From assembly GCA_963770565.1 (NCBI GenBank), contig CAVYQE010000010.1:93826-157825 (forward strand): a DNA stretch of 64,000 nt, read 5' to 3'. Shown here one piece after another: positions 1-10,379 of this stretch. Within the stretch, counting starts at the first letter, position 1; every line of letters starts with the position of its first letter. Under the pieces are notes generated by a model that worked only from the letters and a program-made list of their open reading frames with translations, was not told where the DNA came from and ran no database searches. A program made the translations under genes and the position numbers. The stretch is from an uncultured Actinomycetota bacterium (lineage in GTDB: Bacteria; Actinomycetota; Actinomycetes; JAFAQI01).

Positions 1-753
1 CTCTTGGCCGCTGCCGGCCCGACCGCATCGCCCGGCCCGTGGTCGCCGTACGCGGTTCACCTGGCCGGTGGCGATCCCGGCGCGCTCGCCGCCGTGCGCG
101 ACGGCCGGGCCGGCGTCCAGGACGAGGGCTCGCAGCTGGTCGCGCTGGCCGCTGCGGGGATCGCCCGCGAGGGGCCCGACCTCCGATGGTTGGACGCCTG
201 TGCCGGTCCGGGCGGCAAGGCCGCCCTTCTCGCCGGGTTGCTGCCGGCCGGCGGCCGACTGCTCGCCGCCGACCGTGCACCGCACCGTGCCGCGCTCGTG
301 ACCCAGGCGCTCGGCGGCGACGAGCAGGCGGTTGTGGTGGTTGCCGACTCGACCCGTCCGGCCTGGGCCGACCGGTCCTTCGACCGGGTTCTGGCCGATG
401 TGCCGTGCAGTGGTCTCGGCGCCTTGCGGCGGCGGCCGGAGCTGCGCTGGCGGCGGCAGCCTGAAGATGTCGAGCGGCTCGGGATCCTGCAGGCGGAGCT
501 GCTGACCGCTGCGATCGACGCGGTTCGTCCGGGCGGCGTCGCGACATATGCGACCTGCTCGCCGCACCTCGCCGAAACGATCGGGGTGATCGACTCCGTT
601 CTCGCGCAACGACTCGATGCCGAGCTGGTTGACGCCCGACCGGCCCTGCCCGGCGTACCCGACCTCGGCCCGGGTCCAACGGTTCAGCTCTGGCCTCATC
701 GGCATCGGACGGATGCCATGTTTGTCGCGATGGTCCGGCGTAAACTCAATTGA
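1..753 (+). CDS. rsmB: 16S rRNA (cytosine-C5)-methyltransferase, RsmB/Sun family, C-terminal part (5' end lies outside the window)
   Basis: The ORF is open to the window edge. It has the SAM-binding motif DACAGPGGK and the catalytic PCSGLGALRRRPELRW / ATCS motifs typical of RsmB/NOP2. Confidence 0.8.
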   Translation, partial: LLAAAGPTASPGPWSPYAVHLAGGDPGALAAVRDGRAGVQDEGSQLVALAAAGIAREGPDLRWLDACAGPGGKAALLAGLLPAGGRLLAADRAPHRAALVTQALGGDEQAVVVVADSTRPAWADRSFDRVLADVPCSGLGALRRRPELRWRRQPEDVERLGILQAELLTAAIDAVRPGGVATYATCSPHLAETIGVIDSVLAQRLDAELVDARPALPGVPDLGPGPTVQLWPHRHRTDAMFVAMVRRKLN

Positions 754-794
754 TCCGGCAGTGATCACGGTGCTGGCGCGGCGATGAGGACGGG

Positions 795-1481
795 GTGTCG
801 ATGCAGATCGCACCGAGCATCCTGTCGGCTGACTTCGCTCGCCTCGCCGACGAGATCGCCGCGGTGAGCGACGACGCCGACTGGATCCACGTCGACGTCA
901 TGGACAACCACTTCGTGCCCAACCTCACCCTCGGGCTGCCCGTCGTCGAGTCGCTGCTCAAGCACACCGCGGTCCCGCTCGACTGCCATCTGATGATCGA
1001 CGACCCCGACCGTTGGGCACCCGGGTACGCCGAGGCCGGGGCACGCAGTGTGACGTTCCATGCCGAGGCCGCGCACGCGCCGGTCCGGCTGGCCCGAGCA
1101 CTTCGGGCCGCGGGCGCGCGGGCCGGTCTGGCGCTCAAGCCGGCCACATCGATCGAGGCCTACGCCGACCTGCTGCCCGAGATCGACACCGTGCTGATCA
1201 TGTCGGTGGAGCCGGGCTTCGGCGGGCAGTCGTTCCTCGACGTCGTGCTGCCGAAGATCAGGCGCGCCCGCGAGCTCGTGCGCGACGGCGCGCACGCGGT
1301 CTGGATCCAGATGGACGGCGGCATCGACGAGGAGACCATCGAGCGCTGTGCCGACGCCGGCGCCGACGTCTTCGTCGCCGGCTCGTCGGTCTACGGCAGC
1401 GACGATCCGGCCGACGCGGTCCGCCGGCTGCGGGCCCAGGCCGAGCGGGCCGGTCGCACCTCCTGGTGGTGCCCCTCGTGA
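795..1481 (+). CDS. rpe: ribulose-phosphate 3-epimerase
   Basis: Contains [23 protein letters not shown] and [12 protein letters not shown] motifs, and is 228 aa long. The start could be GTG 795 or ATG 801. Confidence 0.9.
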   Translation: MSMQIAPSILSADFARLADEIAAVSDDADWIHVDVMDNHFVPNLTLGLPVVESLLKHTAVPLDCHLMIDDPDRWAPGYAEAGARSVTFHAEAAHAPVRLARALRAAGARAGLALKPATSIEAYADLLPEIDTVLIMSVEPGFGGQSFLDVVLPKIRRARELVRDGAHAVWIQMDGGIDEETIERCADAGADVFVAGSSVYGSDDPADAVRRLRAQAERAGRTSWWCPS

Positions 1482-2428
1482 GCACGGTCCTGGTCGTTGA
1501 CGACGACGCCGAGGTCGCGGAGTTCATCGAGAGCAATCTGCGCACCGAGGGCTTCGACGTACTGGTCGCGCGGGACGGGCTCGAGGCGCTGCGGATCATC
1601 AACTCCTCGTTGCCCGACCTGGCTCTGGTTGATGTGCTGATGCCCAACGTCGGGGGGATCGAGGTGGTTCGCCAGCTCCGGTCGGCGACGGCCACGGCCA
1701 GCCTTCCGGTCATCATGCTGACCGGCACGAGCGTGTCCGCGGACCGGGTGGTCGGTCTCAGCGCGGGTGCGGACGACTACCTGGTCAAGCCCTTCGACAC
1801 CCTTGAACTGATCGCGCGGGTGCGCTCGACGCTGCGGCGCAACGCCGACATGCGGGCGGTGTCGCCGCTCACCGGCCTGCCCGGCAATCACCGGATCAAC
1901 GAGGAGATCGAGCGGCGCACCGCCAGCGGCGAGGGCTTTGCGGTCTGTCACGTCGACCTCGACAACTTCAAGGCGTTCAACGACCGTTACGGCTGGATGC
2001 GCGGCGACGATGTCATCGAGTTGCTGTCGACGACCCTCAAGCAAGCCGCCGCCGCAGCCGGGCCGCCGCCGGCCTTCATCGGTCATGTCGGCGGTGACGA
2101 CTTCGTCGTCGTCTGCACGCCCGAGCAGGTCGAGCCGCTCTGCCTCGACGCGCTCGACCGCTTCGACAGCGGAGTGCTCGCCCTGCACGAGGCCGACGAC
2201 GTCGAGCGGGGCTACCTCGCGGTCGTCGACCGGCAAGGTCACGAGCGGCACTTCCCACTCACCTCGGTGTCGATCGGGGTGGCCACGACCGAGCGTCGGC
2301 ACTACCGCGACCATCGAGATGTCGTCGCGGTGGCCAACGAGATGAAGGCAGTGGCGAAGGCGCGGGCCGGATCGATCGTCGCGATCGACCGCCGGTCCAA
2401 CGGCGAGGACGAGCTGCAGCCGACCTAG
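1478..2428 (+). CDS. response regulator with GGDEF output domain (motif reads GGDDF)
   Basis: GTG 1478 overlaps the rpe stop (GTGA). The N-terminus is a receiver domain (VLVVDDD ... [10 protein letters not shown] ... KPF). The C-terminus is a GGDEF fold ([13 protein letters not shown] ... [11 protein letters not shown]). Confidence 0.8.
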   Translation: MSTVLVVDDDAEVAEFIESNLRTEGFDVLVARDGLEALRIINSSLPDLALVDVLMPNVGGIEVVRQLRSATATASLPVIMLTGTSVSADRVVGLSAGADDYLVKPFDTLELIARVRSTLRRNADMRAVSPLTGLPGNHRINEEIERRTASGEGFAVCHVDLDNFKAFNDRYGWMRGDDVIELLSTTLKQAAAAAGPPPAFIGHVGGDDFVVVCTPEQVEPLCLDALDRFDSGVLALHEADDVERGYLAVVDRQGHERHFPLTSVSIGVATTERRHYRDHRDVVAVANEMKAVAKARAGSIVAIDRRSNGEDELQPT

Positions 2429-2472
2429 GGCGCCGCGGATCGCCTCGTGGTGCACAATGGAAGCGAACGCCC

Positions 2473-2629
2473 CGCGCGCTCCGGGATCGGTGAAAACCCG
2501 AACCGGCGGTGAACGACCAGCCCGGCAACGAGCTGATCCGAAGTCCGCGACCCGGCCGACGCCATCGGCCGGTGGACCTGGTGAGACTCCAGGACCGACG
2601 GTGACAGTCCGGATGAGAGGAAGCGCGCG
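2473..2629 (+). promoter_or_regulatory. FMN (RFN) riboswitch aptamer upstream of ribD
   Basis: P1 pairs CGCGCGCT (2473-2480) with AGCGCGCG (2622-2629). It encloses conserved RFN strings GGATCGGTGAAAACCCGAACCGGCGGT, CCTGGTGAGACTCCAGG and CCGACGGTGACAGTCCGGATGAGAGGAAG, directly 5' of the rib operon. Confidence 0.85.
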
Positions 2630-2814
2630 AGCGGTGGTCGTGCGACGCGGTTGGTTTACGCGGTGCGCGAGCCCGGCCGGTCCGGACCGCGTGCGGCTGA
2701 TCCCGCTGAGCACTCGGCGCACCGGTCGAGTGCCCGCACGCTGACCCCCGTTCGCGAGTCCTCGTCTCCCGCAGTTCGCACCACCGGCGTTCGCCGAGCG
2801 GGTCGGAGGACGAG

Positions 2815-3930
2815 ATGGCGGTGGCAGCCGAGCAAGCCGCGATGCGGCGCGCTCTCGCCCTTGCCGAATCCGTCCTCGGTACGACGAACCCCAACCCCGC
2901 GGTCGGTGCCGTTGTCCTCGACGAGCTCGGCCAGCCGGTCGGCGAGGGTGCGACCGCACCGGCCGGCGGCGACCACGCCGAGATCGTCGCGCTTGCGGCC
3001 GCCGGTGACAGGGCCCGCGGCGGCACTCTTGTCGTGACCCTCGAGCCCTGCCGGCACACCGGCCGGACCGGTCCGTGCACAACCGTGATCCTGGCCGCCG
3101 GGGTGGCTCGCGTCGTCTACGCCGTCACCGATCCCAACGAGCGCGCGCAAGGCGGTGCGGACGAGCTCCGCCGCGGTGGGGTCGAAGTCGAGGCCGGCTT
3201 GCTCGCACCCGACGTGGGGCGGCTGCTCGAACCGTGGCTTGCCAGCGTGGCGCGGCACCGCCCGTACGTCACGTGGAAGTACGCCGCCAGCCTCGACGGC
3301 CGCACCGCCGCGGCGGACGGGACCAGTCGCTGGATCACCGGGCCGGTCGCTCGTGCCGACGTCCACCGGGAGCGGGCCCTTGCAGACACGGTGATGGTCG
3401 GGATCGGCACCGTGCTCGCCGACGATCCGGAACTGACCGTCCGCGACTGGCCGACGCCGCGCCAACCGATCCGGGTGGTGGTCGATTCCGCGGCCCGGAC
3501 CCCACTATCCGCTCAGGTGCTCAGTCCAGCTGCGTTAACGATCATCGCGGTCGCGACCGACGCAGACCCGGGACGGGTCGAGGCACTCCGATCGGCCGGC
3601 GCCGACGTCTTCGTCCTGCGCGGCGACCGCAACGGGGTCGACCTCGGGGAACTGCTCGCGGCGTTGTTCGACCGCGAGGTCCACAACGTCTGGCTGGAGG
3701 GCGGCGCCACCCTTGCCGGCTCCTTTGTCACAGCGGGCCTGGTCGACCGGGTGGTCGGCTATCACGCCCCGCTGTTGCTCGGCGCGGGCACGCCGCTGGT
3801 CGGTGACCTCGGATCCGCGACCCTCGCAACGGCGCAACGCCTTGCCCTCGACGACGTCGTACGGGTCGGCGAGGACGTGAAGCTGGTGGCGCGGATGAGT
3901 CACCGTGATGCAGAAGGGCGACCAGACTGA
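2815..3930 (+). CDS. ribD: bifunctional diaminohydroxyphosphoribosylaminopyrimidine deaminase / 5-amino-6-(5-phosphoribosylamino)uracil reductase
   Basis: Carries the deaminase zinc motifs HAEIVAL and LEPCRHTGRTGPC, followed by a reductase domain. GGAGGA lies upstream of the ATG. Confidence 0.9.
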   Translation: MAVAAEQAAMRRALALAESVLGTTNPNPAVGAVVLDELGQPVGEGATAPAGGDHAEIVALAAAGDRARGGTLVVTLEPCRHTGRTGPCTTVILAAGVARVVYAVTDPNERAQGGADELRRGGVEVEAGLLAPDVGRLLEPWLASVARHRPYVTWKYAASLDGRTAAADGTSRWITGPVARADVHRERALADTVMVGIGTVLADDPELTVRDWPTPRQPIRVVVDSAARTPLSAQVLSPAALTIIAVATDADPGRVEALRSAGADVFVLRGDRNGVDLGELLAALFDREVHNVWLEGGATLAGSFVTAGLVDRVVGYHAPLLLGAGTPLVGDLGSATLATAQRLALDDVVRVGEDVKLVARMSHRDAEGRPD

Positions 3931-4538
3931 TGTTCACCGGCATCGTCGAAACGCTCGGCACCGTGATCGCGGTCGACGAGCTGGCCGAGGCTGCCCGGCT
4001 GACGATCGACAGCACCGGCTTCGACGACGTCCGCGCCGGCGACTCGGTGGCGGTCAACGGGGTGTGTCTCACCGCCGTGACGAACGACCCGGCACGCTTC
4101 ACCGCGGACGTGATGAACGAAACCCTCACCCGGTCCACTCTTGGCAGCCTTCGTCCCGGCGAGCCGGTGAACCTCGAACGCGCGGTGACACCCAGCAGCC
4201 GACTGGGCGGACACATCGTGCAAGGGCACGTCGACGGAGTCGGCATCGTGCGCGCCCGCCGGTCGAGTGAACGGTGGGACGTGGTCGACGTCGAACTGCC
4301 CCCCGAGCTGGCGAAGTACGTCGTGGAGAAGGGCTCGATCGCCCTCGACGGGGTCAGCCTCACGGTCGCGGCAGTGGAGGGCGCAACGATCCGGGTGAGT
4401 CTGATCCCCGAGACGCTGACCCGGACGACCCTCGGCACCCGTGCGGTCGGCGACGGCGTGAACCTCGAAGTCGACGTGCTGGCGAAGTACGTCGAGCGGT
4501 TGCTCGCCGACGGGGCCGCGGATCGGGGGCAGGGATGA
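3930..4538 (+). CDS. ribE: riboflavin synthase alpha chain
   Basis: Has the MFTGIVE N-terminus and the duplicated lumazine-binding repeat ([12 protein letters not shown] / [11 protein letters not shown]). The start overlaps the ribD stop. Confidence 0.9.
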   Translation: MFTGIVETLGTVIAVDELAEAARLTIDSTGFDDVRAGDSVAVNGVCLTAVTNDPARFTADVMNETLTRSTLGSLRPGEPVNLERAVTPSSRLGGHIVQGHVDGVGIVRARRSSERWDVVDVELPPELAKYVVEKGSIALDGVSLTVAAVEGATIRVSLIPETLTRTTLGTRAVGDGVNLEVDVLAKYVERLLADGAADRGQG

Positions 4539-5950
4539 GCGACTTCACCGAGATCGAGCGCGCCATCGCCGATATCGCGGCCGGCAAGCCGGTCATCGTC
4601 GTCGACGACGCCGACCGGGAGAACGAAGGCGACCTGATCTTTGCCGCCGAGATGGCGACACCGGAGCTGGTCGCGTTCATGGTGCGCTACACCTCGGGCT
4701 ACATCTGCGTGCCATTGACCGAGTCCGACTGCGACCGGCTCGAGCTCCCGCCGATGTACCACACCAACCAGGACCGGCGCGGTACGGCGTACACGGTGTC
4801 CGTCGATGCCCGCGACGGCACGTCGACCGGCATCTCGGCGCACGACCGTTCACTGACGATGCGGATGCTGGCCGATCCGGCGTCGAGTGCCGCCGACTTC
4901 ACCCGACCTGGTCATGTCGTGCCGCTACGGGCGAAGGACGGCGGCGTCCTGCGCCGGCCCGGGCACACCGAGGCCGCGGTCGACCTGTGTCTACTCGCGG
5001 GCCTCCGGCCGGCCGGTGTGCTGTGCGAGATCGTCAGCGAGAAGGACGTCGAGGACATGGCTCGCCTCGACGAGCTCGAGCTGTTCGCCGCGGTGCACGA
5101 GCTTGCGCTGATCTCGATTGCGGACCTGATCGCCTACCGCCGGCGCACCGAGCGCCAGGTGCAGAGGGTCGCCGAGGCGCGGATCCCCACGGCGCACGGC
5201 GAGTTCCGCGCGGTCGGCTATCGAAGCCTGGTCGACGGGATCGAACACATTGCGCTGGTGCGTGGTGACATCGGCGCCGGCGACGACGTACTGGTCCGGG
5301 TCCACTCCGAGTGCCTGACCGGCGACGTCTTCGGCAGCCGGCGCTGCGACTGCGGCCCACAACTCGATGCGGCGATCGCCGCGGTTGCCGCCGAAGGCCG
5401 GGGAGTGGTCCTCTATGTGCGCGGGCACGAAGGCCGGGGGATCGGCCTGATGCACAAGTTGCAGGCCTATCAACTGCAGGACGAGGGTCAGGACACCATC
5501 GATGCCAACACCTCGCTCGGGCTGCCGGCCGATGCGCGCGACTACGGCACCGGCGCGCAGATCCTCTCTGATCTCGGGGTCCGTTCGATGCGGCTGCTGA
5601 CCAACAACCCGTCGAAGCGGGCCGGGCTCGAGGGTTACGACCTGTCGATCGTCGGCCGGGTGCCGCTGCCGGTGCGGGTCACCGCCGACAACCTGCGCTA
5701 CCTCACGACGAAGCGGGACCGGATGGGGCACGACCTCCCCGATCTCCCGGCCAGCGTCGACGACGAGGCGACCGAGGCAACCGCCGACGCGTTGCCGGCA
5801 GCAGTCAGCGAGCGGGCCGCGCGACTCGAGCCGGCCGCGGTCCGCAGCGCCCTTCGGCTGGCCCACGCGCATGCACTGTCGCCCTTCGCACTCCCGGTCG
5901 TCGAGCCGGGGTCGGACGATGACGAAGCCACGACCGGGGTGGATCAATGA
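4535..5950 (+). CDS. ribBA: bifunctional 3,4-dihydroxy-2-butanone-4-phosphate synthase / GTP cyclohydrolase II, with a C-terminal extension
   Basis: ATG 4535 overlaps the ribE stop (ATGA). Contains DRENEGDL and [18 protein letters not shown] motifs. The longer track ORF starting at 4274 was rejected as an out-of-gene extension. Confidence 0.88.
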   Translation: MSDFTEIERAIADIAAGKPVIVVDDADRENEGDLIFAAEMATPELVAFMVRYTSGYICVPLTESDCDRLELPPMYHTNQDRRGTAYTVSVDARDGTSTGISAHDRSLTMRMLADPASSAADFTRPGHVVPLRAKDGGVLRRPGHTEAAVDLCLLAGLRPAGVLCEIVSEKDVEDMARLDELELFAAVHELALISIADLIAYRRRTERQVQRVAEARIPTAHGEFRAVGYRSLVDGIEHIALVRGDIGAGDDVLVRVHSECLTGDVFGSRRCDCGPQLDAAIAAVAAEGRGVVLYVRGHEGRGIGLMHKLQAYQLQDEGQDTIDANTSLGLPADARDYGTGAQILSDLGVRSMRLLTNNPSKRAGLEGYDLSIVGRVPLPVRVTADNLRYLTTKRDRMGHDLPDLPASVDDEATEATADALPAAVSERAARLEPAAVRSALRLAHAHALSPFALPVVEPGSDDDEATTGVDQ

Positions 5951-6453
5951 GCGGCAGCGGTGCACCCGAGGACCAGGAGGTTGACGGCCGCGGCCTGCGG
6001 GTCGCGATCGTGGCGGCCCGCTGGCACCACGAGGTCACCGACGCGCTGCTCGCGGGTGCGCAGCACGCGCTGGCCGACTGCGGGGTCGGCGACGTCACAG
6101 TTGTCCGGGTGCCGGGCGCCTTCGAGCTAGCGGTCATGGCGAATGAGCTGGCGAAACAAGGCCACGACGCAGTGGTTGCGCTCGGAGTCGTGATCCGCGG
6201 CGGGACGCCGCACTTCGAGTTCGTCTGCCGTGCGGCCACCGACGGTCTCGGCCGGGTCGCCCTCGACACCGGCGTGCCGGTAGGGTTCGGGCTGCTGACC
6301 TGCGAGACCTCCGAACAGGCGTTGGATCGATGTGGTCTGCCCGGGTCGAGCGAGGACAAGGGACGGGAGGCCGCGATGGCGGCGGTCGAAACCGCCCTGC
6401 TGCTGTGCACCGTGCGCGGCGGCGAGGCGCATGGAAAGGCGGACGGGCACTGA
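5947..6453 (+). CDS. ribH: 6,7-dimethyl-8-ribityllumazine synthase
   Basis: Has the VPGAFELA and [12 protein letters not shown] motifs. ATGA overlap with ribBA. Confidence 0.9.
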   Translation: MSGSGAPEDQEVDGRGLRVAIVAARWHHEVTDALLAGAQHALADCGVGDVTVVRVPGAFELAVMANELAKQGHDAVVALGVVIRGGTPHFEFVCRAATDGLGRVALDTGVPVGFGLLTCETSEQALDRCGLPGSSEDKGREAAMAAVETALLLCTVRGGEAHGKADGH

Positions 6454-6504
6454 GCCCGTTCGCCGCAAACGCCACCCGCCCTCGCCGTACAGGAAGGTCT
6501 CGCC

Positions 6505-7380
6505 GTGCTCTCGCTCGTCTTGCCCAAGGGCTCACTGGAGAAGCAGGTTCTCGAGCTGTTCGATGCAGCTGACCTGACCGTCATCCGCGGCAGCGACCGC
6601 GACTATCACGCCCGGATCGACGACCCGCGGATCGACCGGGTCCGATTCCTGCGACCGCAGGAGATCCCGACGTACGTCGAGCAGGGCATCTTCGACCTCG
6701 GGATCTCGGGTGGCGACTGGGTGGCCGAGACCGGCGCCGACGTCGTCAGCCTCGGCGAGGTCGGCGGCGGGCGGGCCGGCGAAGCCGCCGTGAAGGTTGT
6801 CCTCGCGGTTCCCCGGGAGTCGCCCTGGCAGTCGGTCGGCGACCTGCCCGACGGGGTACGGATCTCGACCGAGCTGCCCGAGACCACCCGCCGGTACTGC
6901 GCCGAGCACGGCGTGAACGCGCGGGTCTTCACCTCGCACGGCGCAACCGAGGCCAAGATCCCGGACATTGTCGATGCGATCGTCGACGTCACCGAGACCG
7001 GGTCGTCGCTGCGCAGTGCCGGCCTGAAGGTGATTGAGACACTGCTGAGCAGCAAGACCCAGTTGCTTGCGAACCGGGCGTCGTACGACGATCCCGACAA
7101 GCGCGCCGCGATGGAAGACATCCTGCTGCTGGTGCGCGGCGCCCTGGTCGCCCGCGGCCGGGTGCTGCTGAAGCTCAACGTGGCCGCCGCCGACCTCGCC
7201 GCTGTCATCGACGTCCTGCCCTCGATGGCGTCTCCGACGATCATGCCGCTGGCGGCCGGTGAGCTGCGGGCGGTGGAGGCGGTCGTGGCCAAGCTTGGTG
7301 TCAACACATTGATCCCGGCGCTGAAGGCGGCCGGCGCCCGCGACATCCTCGAGCTGCCGATTGCCAAGATCGTCGAATAG
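6505..7380 (+). CDS. hisG: ATP phosphoribosyltransferase (long form with C-terminal regulatory domain)
   Basis: Shows the LPKGSLEK ... FLRPQEIPTYVEQGIFDLGISG pattern and a HisG_C-like tail. Length is 291 aa. Confidence 0.75.
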   Translation: MLSLVLPKGSLEKQVLELFDAADLTVIRGSDRDYHARIDDPRIDRVRFLRPQEIPTYVEQGIFDLGISGGDWVAETGADVVSLGEVGGGRAGEAAVKVVLAVPRESPWQSVGDLPDGVRISTELPETTRRYCAEHGVNARVFTSHGATEAKIPDIVDAIVDVTETGSSLRSAGLKVIETLLSSKTQLLANRASYDDPDKRAAMEDILLLVRGALVARGRVLLKLNVAAADLAAVIDVLPSMASPTIMPLAAGELRAVEAVVAKLGVNTLIPALKAAGARDILELPIAKIVE

Positions 7381-7408
7381 CCGGGGTGCACCACGTGAAC
7401 GTCCGCTG

Positions 7409-8335
7409 ATGCCCGCGCCGAAGACCGCACTCGCCCTGGCCGCTGCGGCCGGAGCGGGCGTGACCGCGGGCTTCCAGGTCCGGATCAACGGCGACCTCGC
7501 CACCCGGACCCACTCCGCCCTCGAAGCGGCGGCTGCTGCGTTCGTGGTCAGCCTCGTACTCGTCGGCGCGATGCTGCCGTTCCATCGGGCCGGTTGGGCT
7601 CGGCTGCGCCGAGCCAAGGTCGCGCCCTGGTGGTGGATCGGCGGACTCGGCGGCGCCCTGGTGGTGGCCGCAAGTGCACACGGTGCGCCCGAGATCGGCG
7701 TGGCGCTCGTCACGGTATGCGTCGTGGCCGGTAACTCCGTCGGCGCAGCGCTCAGCGATCATCTCGGGCTCGGCCCAAGTGGCCGGTACCCGGTGTCGCG
7801 ATGGCGAGTCGTGGGGATCGCGGTTGTCATCGCCGCCGTCGCGATCGGTGCGGTCGGCGATCGCGGTGCGCAACTGCGTCCGTTGCTTTTCGTGGTGATC
7901 TTTCTCGGTGGGGCCGGCTCGGCCATCCAGCAAGCCGCGAACGGCCAGCTGCGTGGTGCCGCGGGCGATGTCGTGGTCGCGTCGTTCATCTCCGTGGCCG
8001 CCGGCGCGGTCGCAATGATCATCGTGGTCTTCGCGGCGGGGGAGTTCTCCCTGCACTCGCTGCCGACCGCGCCGTGGTTGTACCTCGGCGGCCCGCTCGG
8101 TGCGTACTACGTCTTCGCCGGGGCAAGCACGGTCCGGGTGCTAGGAGTTCTCCGGTTCGTGCTGGCTGCGCTGGCCGGCCAGCTGGTGTGTGCCGTCGTC
8201 CTCGACGCGGCCTGGCCGGCACCGGGCACCACGCTGCGCGCAACGACCGTCATCGGTGCCGTCATCACCGTCGCCGGAGTCTGGTTGAGCGGGCGGGACG
8301 CACCCCGTGACCTGAGCCCGGTGGCGCACCGATGA
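7409..8335 (+). CDS. integral membrane protein, duplicated DUF606/YdcZ-like (DMT superfamily)
   Basis: About ten hydrophobic segments arranged as two similar halves. ATG 7409 was chosen over the upstream in-frame extension. Confidence 0.55.
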   Translation: MPAPKTALALAAAAGAGVTAGFQVRINGDLATRTHSALEAAAAAFVVSLVLVGAMLPFHRAGWARLRRAKVAPWWWIGGLGGALVVAASAHGAPEIGVALVTVCVVAGNSVGAALSDHLGLGPSGRYPVSRWRVVGIAVVIAAVAIGAVGDRGAQLRPLLFVVIFLGGAGSAIQQAANGQLRGAAGDVVVASFISVAAGAVAMIIVVFAAGEFSLHSLPTAPWLYLGGPLGAYYVFAGASTVRVLGVLRFVLAALAGQLVCAVVLDAAWPAPGTTLRATTVIGAVITVAGVWLSGRDAPRDLSPVAHR

Positions 8336-8709
8336 GCGAGCCCGACCCTGGCGAGGACCACGGCGCGCCCGACGTCGAGCTGGCGGCTGCGCTGGCCGGC
8401 GGCGACCAGACGGTGATCCGGCTCGCCCTGCTCGACGCCCGGGTGCTCGTGCCGATCGTGGCGCACGGCGAGGAGTCGGCCGCGGTCGAAATGGCCATCC
8501 CCACCCTGGTCGGGCTCGACGGCCGCCGGGCCCTGCCGGTGTTCTCCAGCTATGCGTCGTTGCGCGCCTGGCAGGCTGACGCACGGCCGGTCCCGATGCC
8601 CGGGCGCCAGGCCGTGGCGGCCGCCGCCGCCGAAGGATGCGCGGCGATCGTGGTCGACGTCGCCGGGCCGATCACCCATATCGTCGAAATCCGCCCAACT
8701 CCGCCCTGA
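8332..8709 (+). CDS. SseB-like family protein (hypothetical)
   Basis: ATGA overlap with the preceding gene. The VLVPIV ... [17 protein letters not shown] pattern is typical of the SseB N-terminal domain. Confidence 0.5.
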   Translation: MSEPDPGEDHGAPDVELAAALAGGDQTVIRLALLDARVLVPIVAHGEESAAVEMAIPTLVGLDGRRALPVFSSYASLRAWQADARPVPMPGRQAVAAAAAEGCAAIVVDVAGPITHIVEIRPTPP

Positions 8710-9019
8710 TCGCCGCAAGCGCCGGGCCGCGGTTCGCTGCTACCCTGTGCTCGCGACCGATGGGCGTGCCACCCGCGCCCGTCGAGCAAGCGGAGCCCGA
8801 CTCCCACCCGCACGAGCACCACCGATGATCAACATCGGCAGCACTCGACGGGTCTTCGATCGCCTCGCAGGTCGTCGACAGACGGCCGTGAGCGTGGTCG
8901 TCGTCGTCGAGGCCTCGCATGCGCGTCGTGCGGGGCCTTTTGAGTGCGTGATCGTTGCGTCGACGAAGGATCGCAAGCGTTCGGGTGGCGCACAACGACG
9001 ACGAGACAGTGGAGGTCCC

Positions 9020-9622
9020 ATCAGCGTCGAACCCCGTATCAACGACCGGATCCGCGTCCCAGAAGTGCGGCTGGTCGGCCCGAACGGAGAGCAGGTCGGA
9101 ATCGTCGCCATCGGCGACGCGCTCCGACTGGCACAGGAAGCAGATCTCGACCTGGTCGAGGTAGCCGCCGAAGCCCGCCCGCCGGTCTGCAAGCTCATGG
9201 ATTACGGCAAGTGGAAGTACGAGAACGCCCAGAAGGCGCGCGAAGCGCGACGAAACCAGTCGCACACGGTCATCAAGGAGATGAAGCTTCGGCCGAAGAT
9301 CGACCCGCACGACTACGAGACCAAGAAGGGTCACGTCGTTCGGTTCCTCAAGGCCGGTGACAAAGTCAAGATCACGATCATGTTCCGTGGTCGCGAGCAG
9401 TCCAGACCCGAGCTCGGGTTCAGGTTGCTGCAGCGGCTGGCCGCAGATGTGGAGGAGTTGGGCTATGTCGAGTCCGCGCCGAAGCAGGACGGCCGGAACA
9501 TGATCATGGTGATGGCACCGCACCGCGGCCAGCAGCCTCAACCGGCGCGAGCCAGGCGACTGGCCCAGGCCGAGCCATCGACCGAACCGTCGGCCGAGCC
9601 GCCGGCCCAGGCCACCGCCTAG
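9020..9622 (+). CDS. infC: translation initiation factor IF-3, initiating at ATC
   Basis: The conserved N-terminus [25 protein letters not shown] begins at ATC 9020-9022, 3 nt after GGAGGT (9011-9016). No ATG/GTG/TTG is present at the homologous position. Confidence 0.85.
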   Translation: MSVEPRINDRIRVPEVRLVGPNGEQVGIVAIGDALRLAQEADLDLVEVAAEARPPVCKLMDYGKWKYENAQKAREARRNQSHTVIKEMKLRPKIDPHDYETKKGHVVRFLKAGDKVKITIMFRGREQSRPELGFRLLQRLAADVEELGYVESAPKQDGRNMIMVMAPHRGQQPQPARARRLAQAEPSTEPSAEPPAQATA

Positions 9623-9686
9623 CGACCTTGCCAGCGCCACCAGCGACGTCAGAAGCAAACGACCCACCCGAGGAGACGAGGCAGCG

Positions 9687-9881
9687 ATGCCGAAGATGAA
9701 GACCCACAGCGGCGCGAAGAAGCGCTTCCGCGTGACCGGCAGCGGCAAGCTCATGCACCGTCGGGCCGGCCGCAACCACTACCTGGAGCACAAGGAGTCG
9801 ACCCTCACCCGCCGGCTGGCCAACGAGGGAGTCATGGCGCCCGCTGACGTGAAGAAGGCCAACCGACTGCTCGGGCGCTAG
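9687..9881 (+). CDS. rpmI: 50S ribosomal protein L35
   Basis: [21 protein letters not shown], 64 aa. Confidence 0.95.
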   Translation: MPKMKTHSGAKKRFRVTGSGKLMHRRAGRNHYLEHKESTLTRRLANEGVMAPADVKKANRLLGR

Positions 9882-9951
9882 CCCGCACTGCACCGTACTC
9901 GTCACCTTTCCGGGCCTGGCCCGGGATCAAAGAGCAAAAGGAGAACCTTCC

Positions 9952-10338
9952 GTGGCACGCGTGAAGCGGGCGGTCAACGCCCACAAGAAGCGCCGCGTCA
10001 TCCTCGAACGGGCCAGCGGCTACCGCGGCCAGCGCTCGCGGCTCTACCGCAAGGCCAAGGAGCAGATGCTCCACTCGATGAACTACTCCTACCGCGACCG
10101 GCGGGCCCGCAAGGGTGACTTTCGGTCGTTGTGGATCCAGCGGATCAACGCTGCGGCGCGCGCCAACGGCATGACCTACAACCGCTTCATCCAGGGCATG
10201 AAGGCCGCGAACATCGAGGTCGATCGCAAGCACCTCGCGGAGCTCGCGGTCTCGGACGAGGCGGCCTTTGCCGCTCTGGTCGAGCTCGCCCGGGCTGCCC
10301 TGCCGGTGTCCGGATCCGAAGCCGAGTCGGCCGCCTGA
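9952..10338 (+). CDS. rplT: 50S ribosomal protein L20
   Basis: [15 protein letters not shown] ... [10 protein letters not shown], 128 aa. Confidence 0.95.
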   Translation: MARVKRAVNAHKKRRVILERASGYRGQRSRLYRKAKEQMLHSMNYSYRDRRARKGDFRSLWIQRINAAARANGMTYNRFIQGMKAANIEVDRKHLAELAVSDEAAFAALVELARAALPVSGSEAESAA

Positions 10339-10379
10339 GCCGGACTGACCCGACGATCGGATCGGTCGCATCCGAGCCG

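Noticed and set aside
1391-3082. A 563-aa minus-strand ORF, and similar very long ORFs elsewhere (10572-12548 -, 21915-23450 +, 23486-25150 -, 34162-36648 +, 37803-39107 -, 39299-40831 -, 40877-42148 -, 49385-50908 -, 45939-47087 -).
   Set aside because: All lie antisense to, or out of frame with, genes that have clear family motifs. Their translations are Arg/Pro/Gly/Ala-rich low-complexity strings, typical of stop-codon-poor alternative frames in high-GC DNA.
6454-6504. hisE was expected between ribH and hisG, as in Streptomyces (recalled from memory).
   Set aside because: Only 51 nt separate the genes and HisG is of normal length, so hisE is simply not here. This looks like an ordinary rearrangement and was not scored as a finding.
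10131-10338. GTG 10131 as the start of the TrmH-family gene.
   Set aside because: It would overlap rplT by 208 nt in another frame and add an Arg/Gly-rich non-homologous extension.
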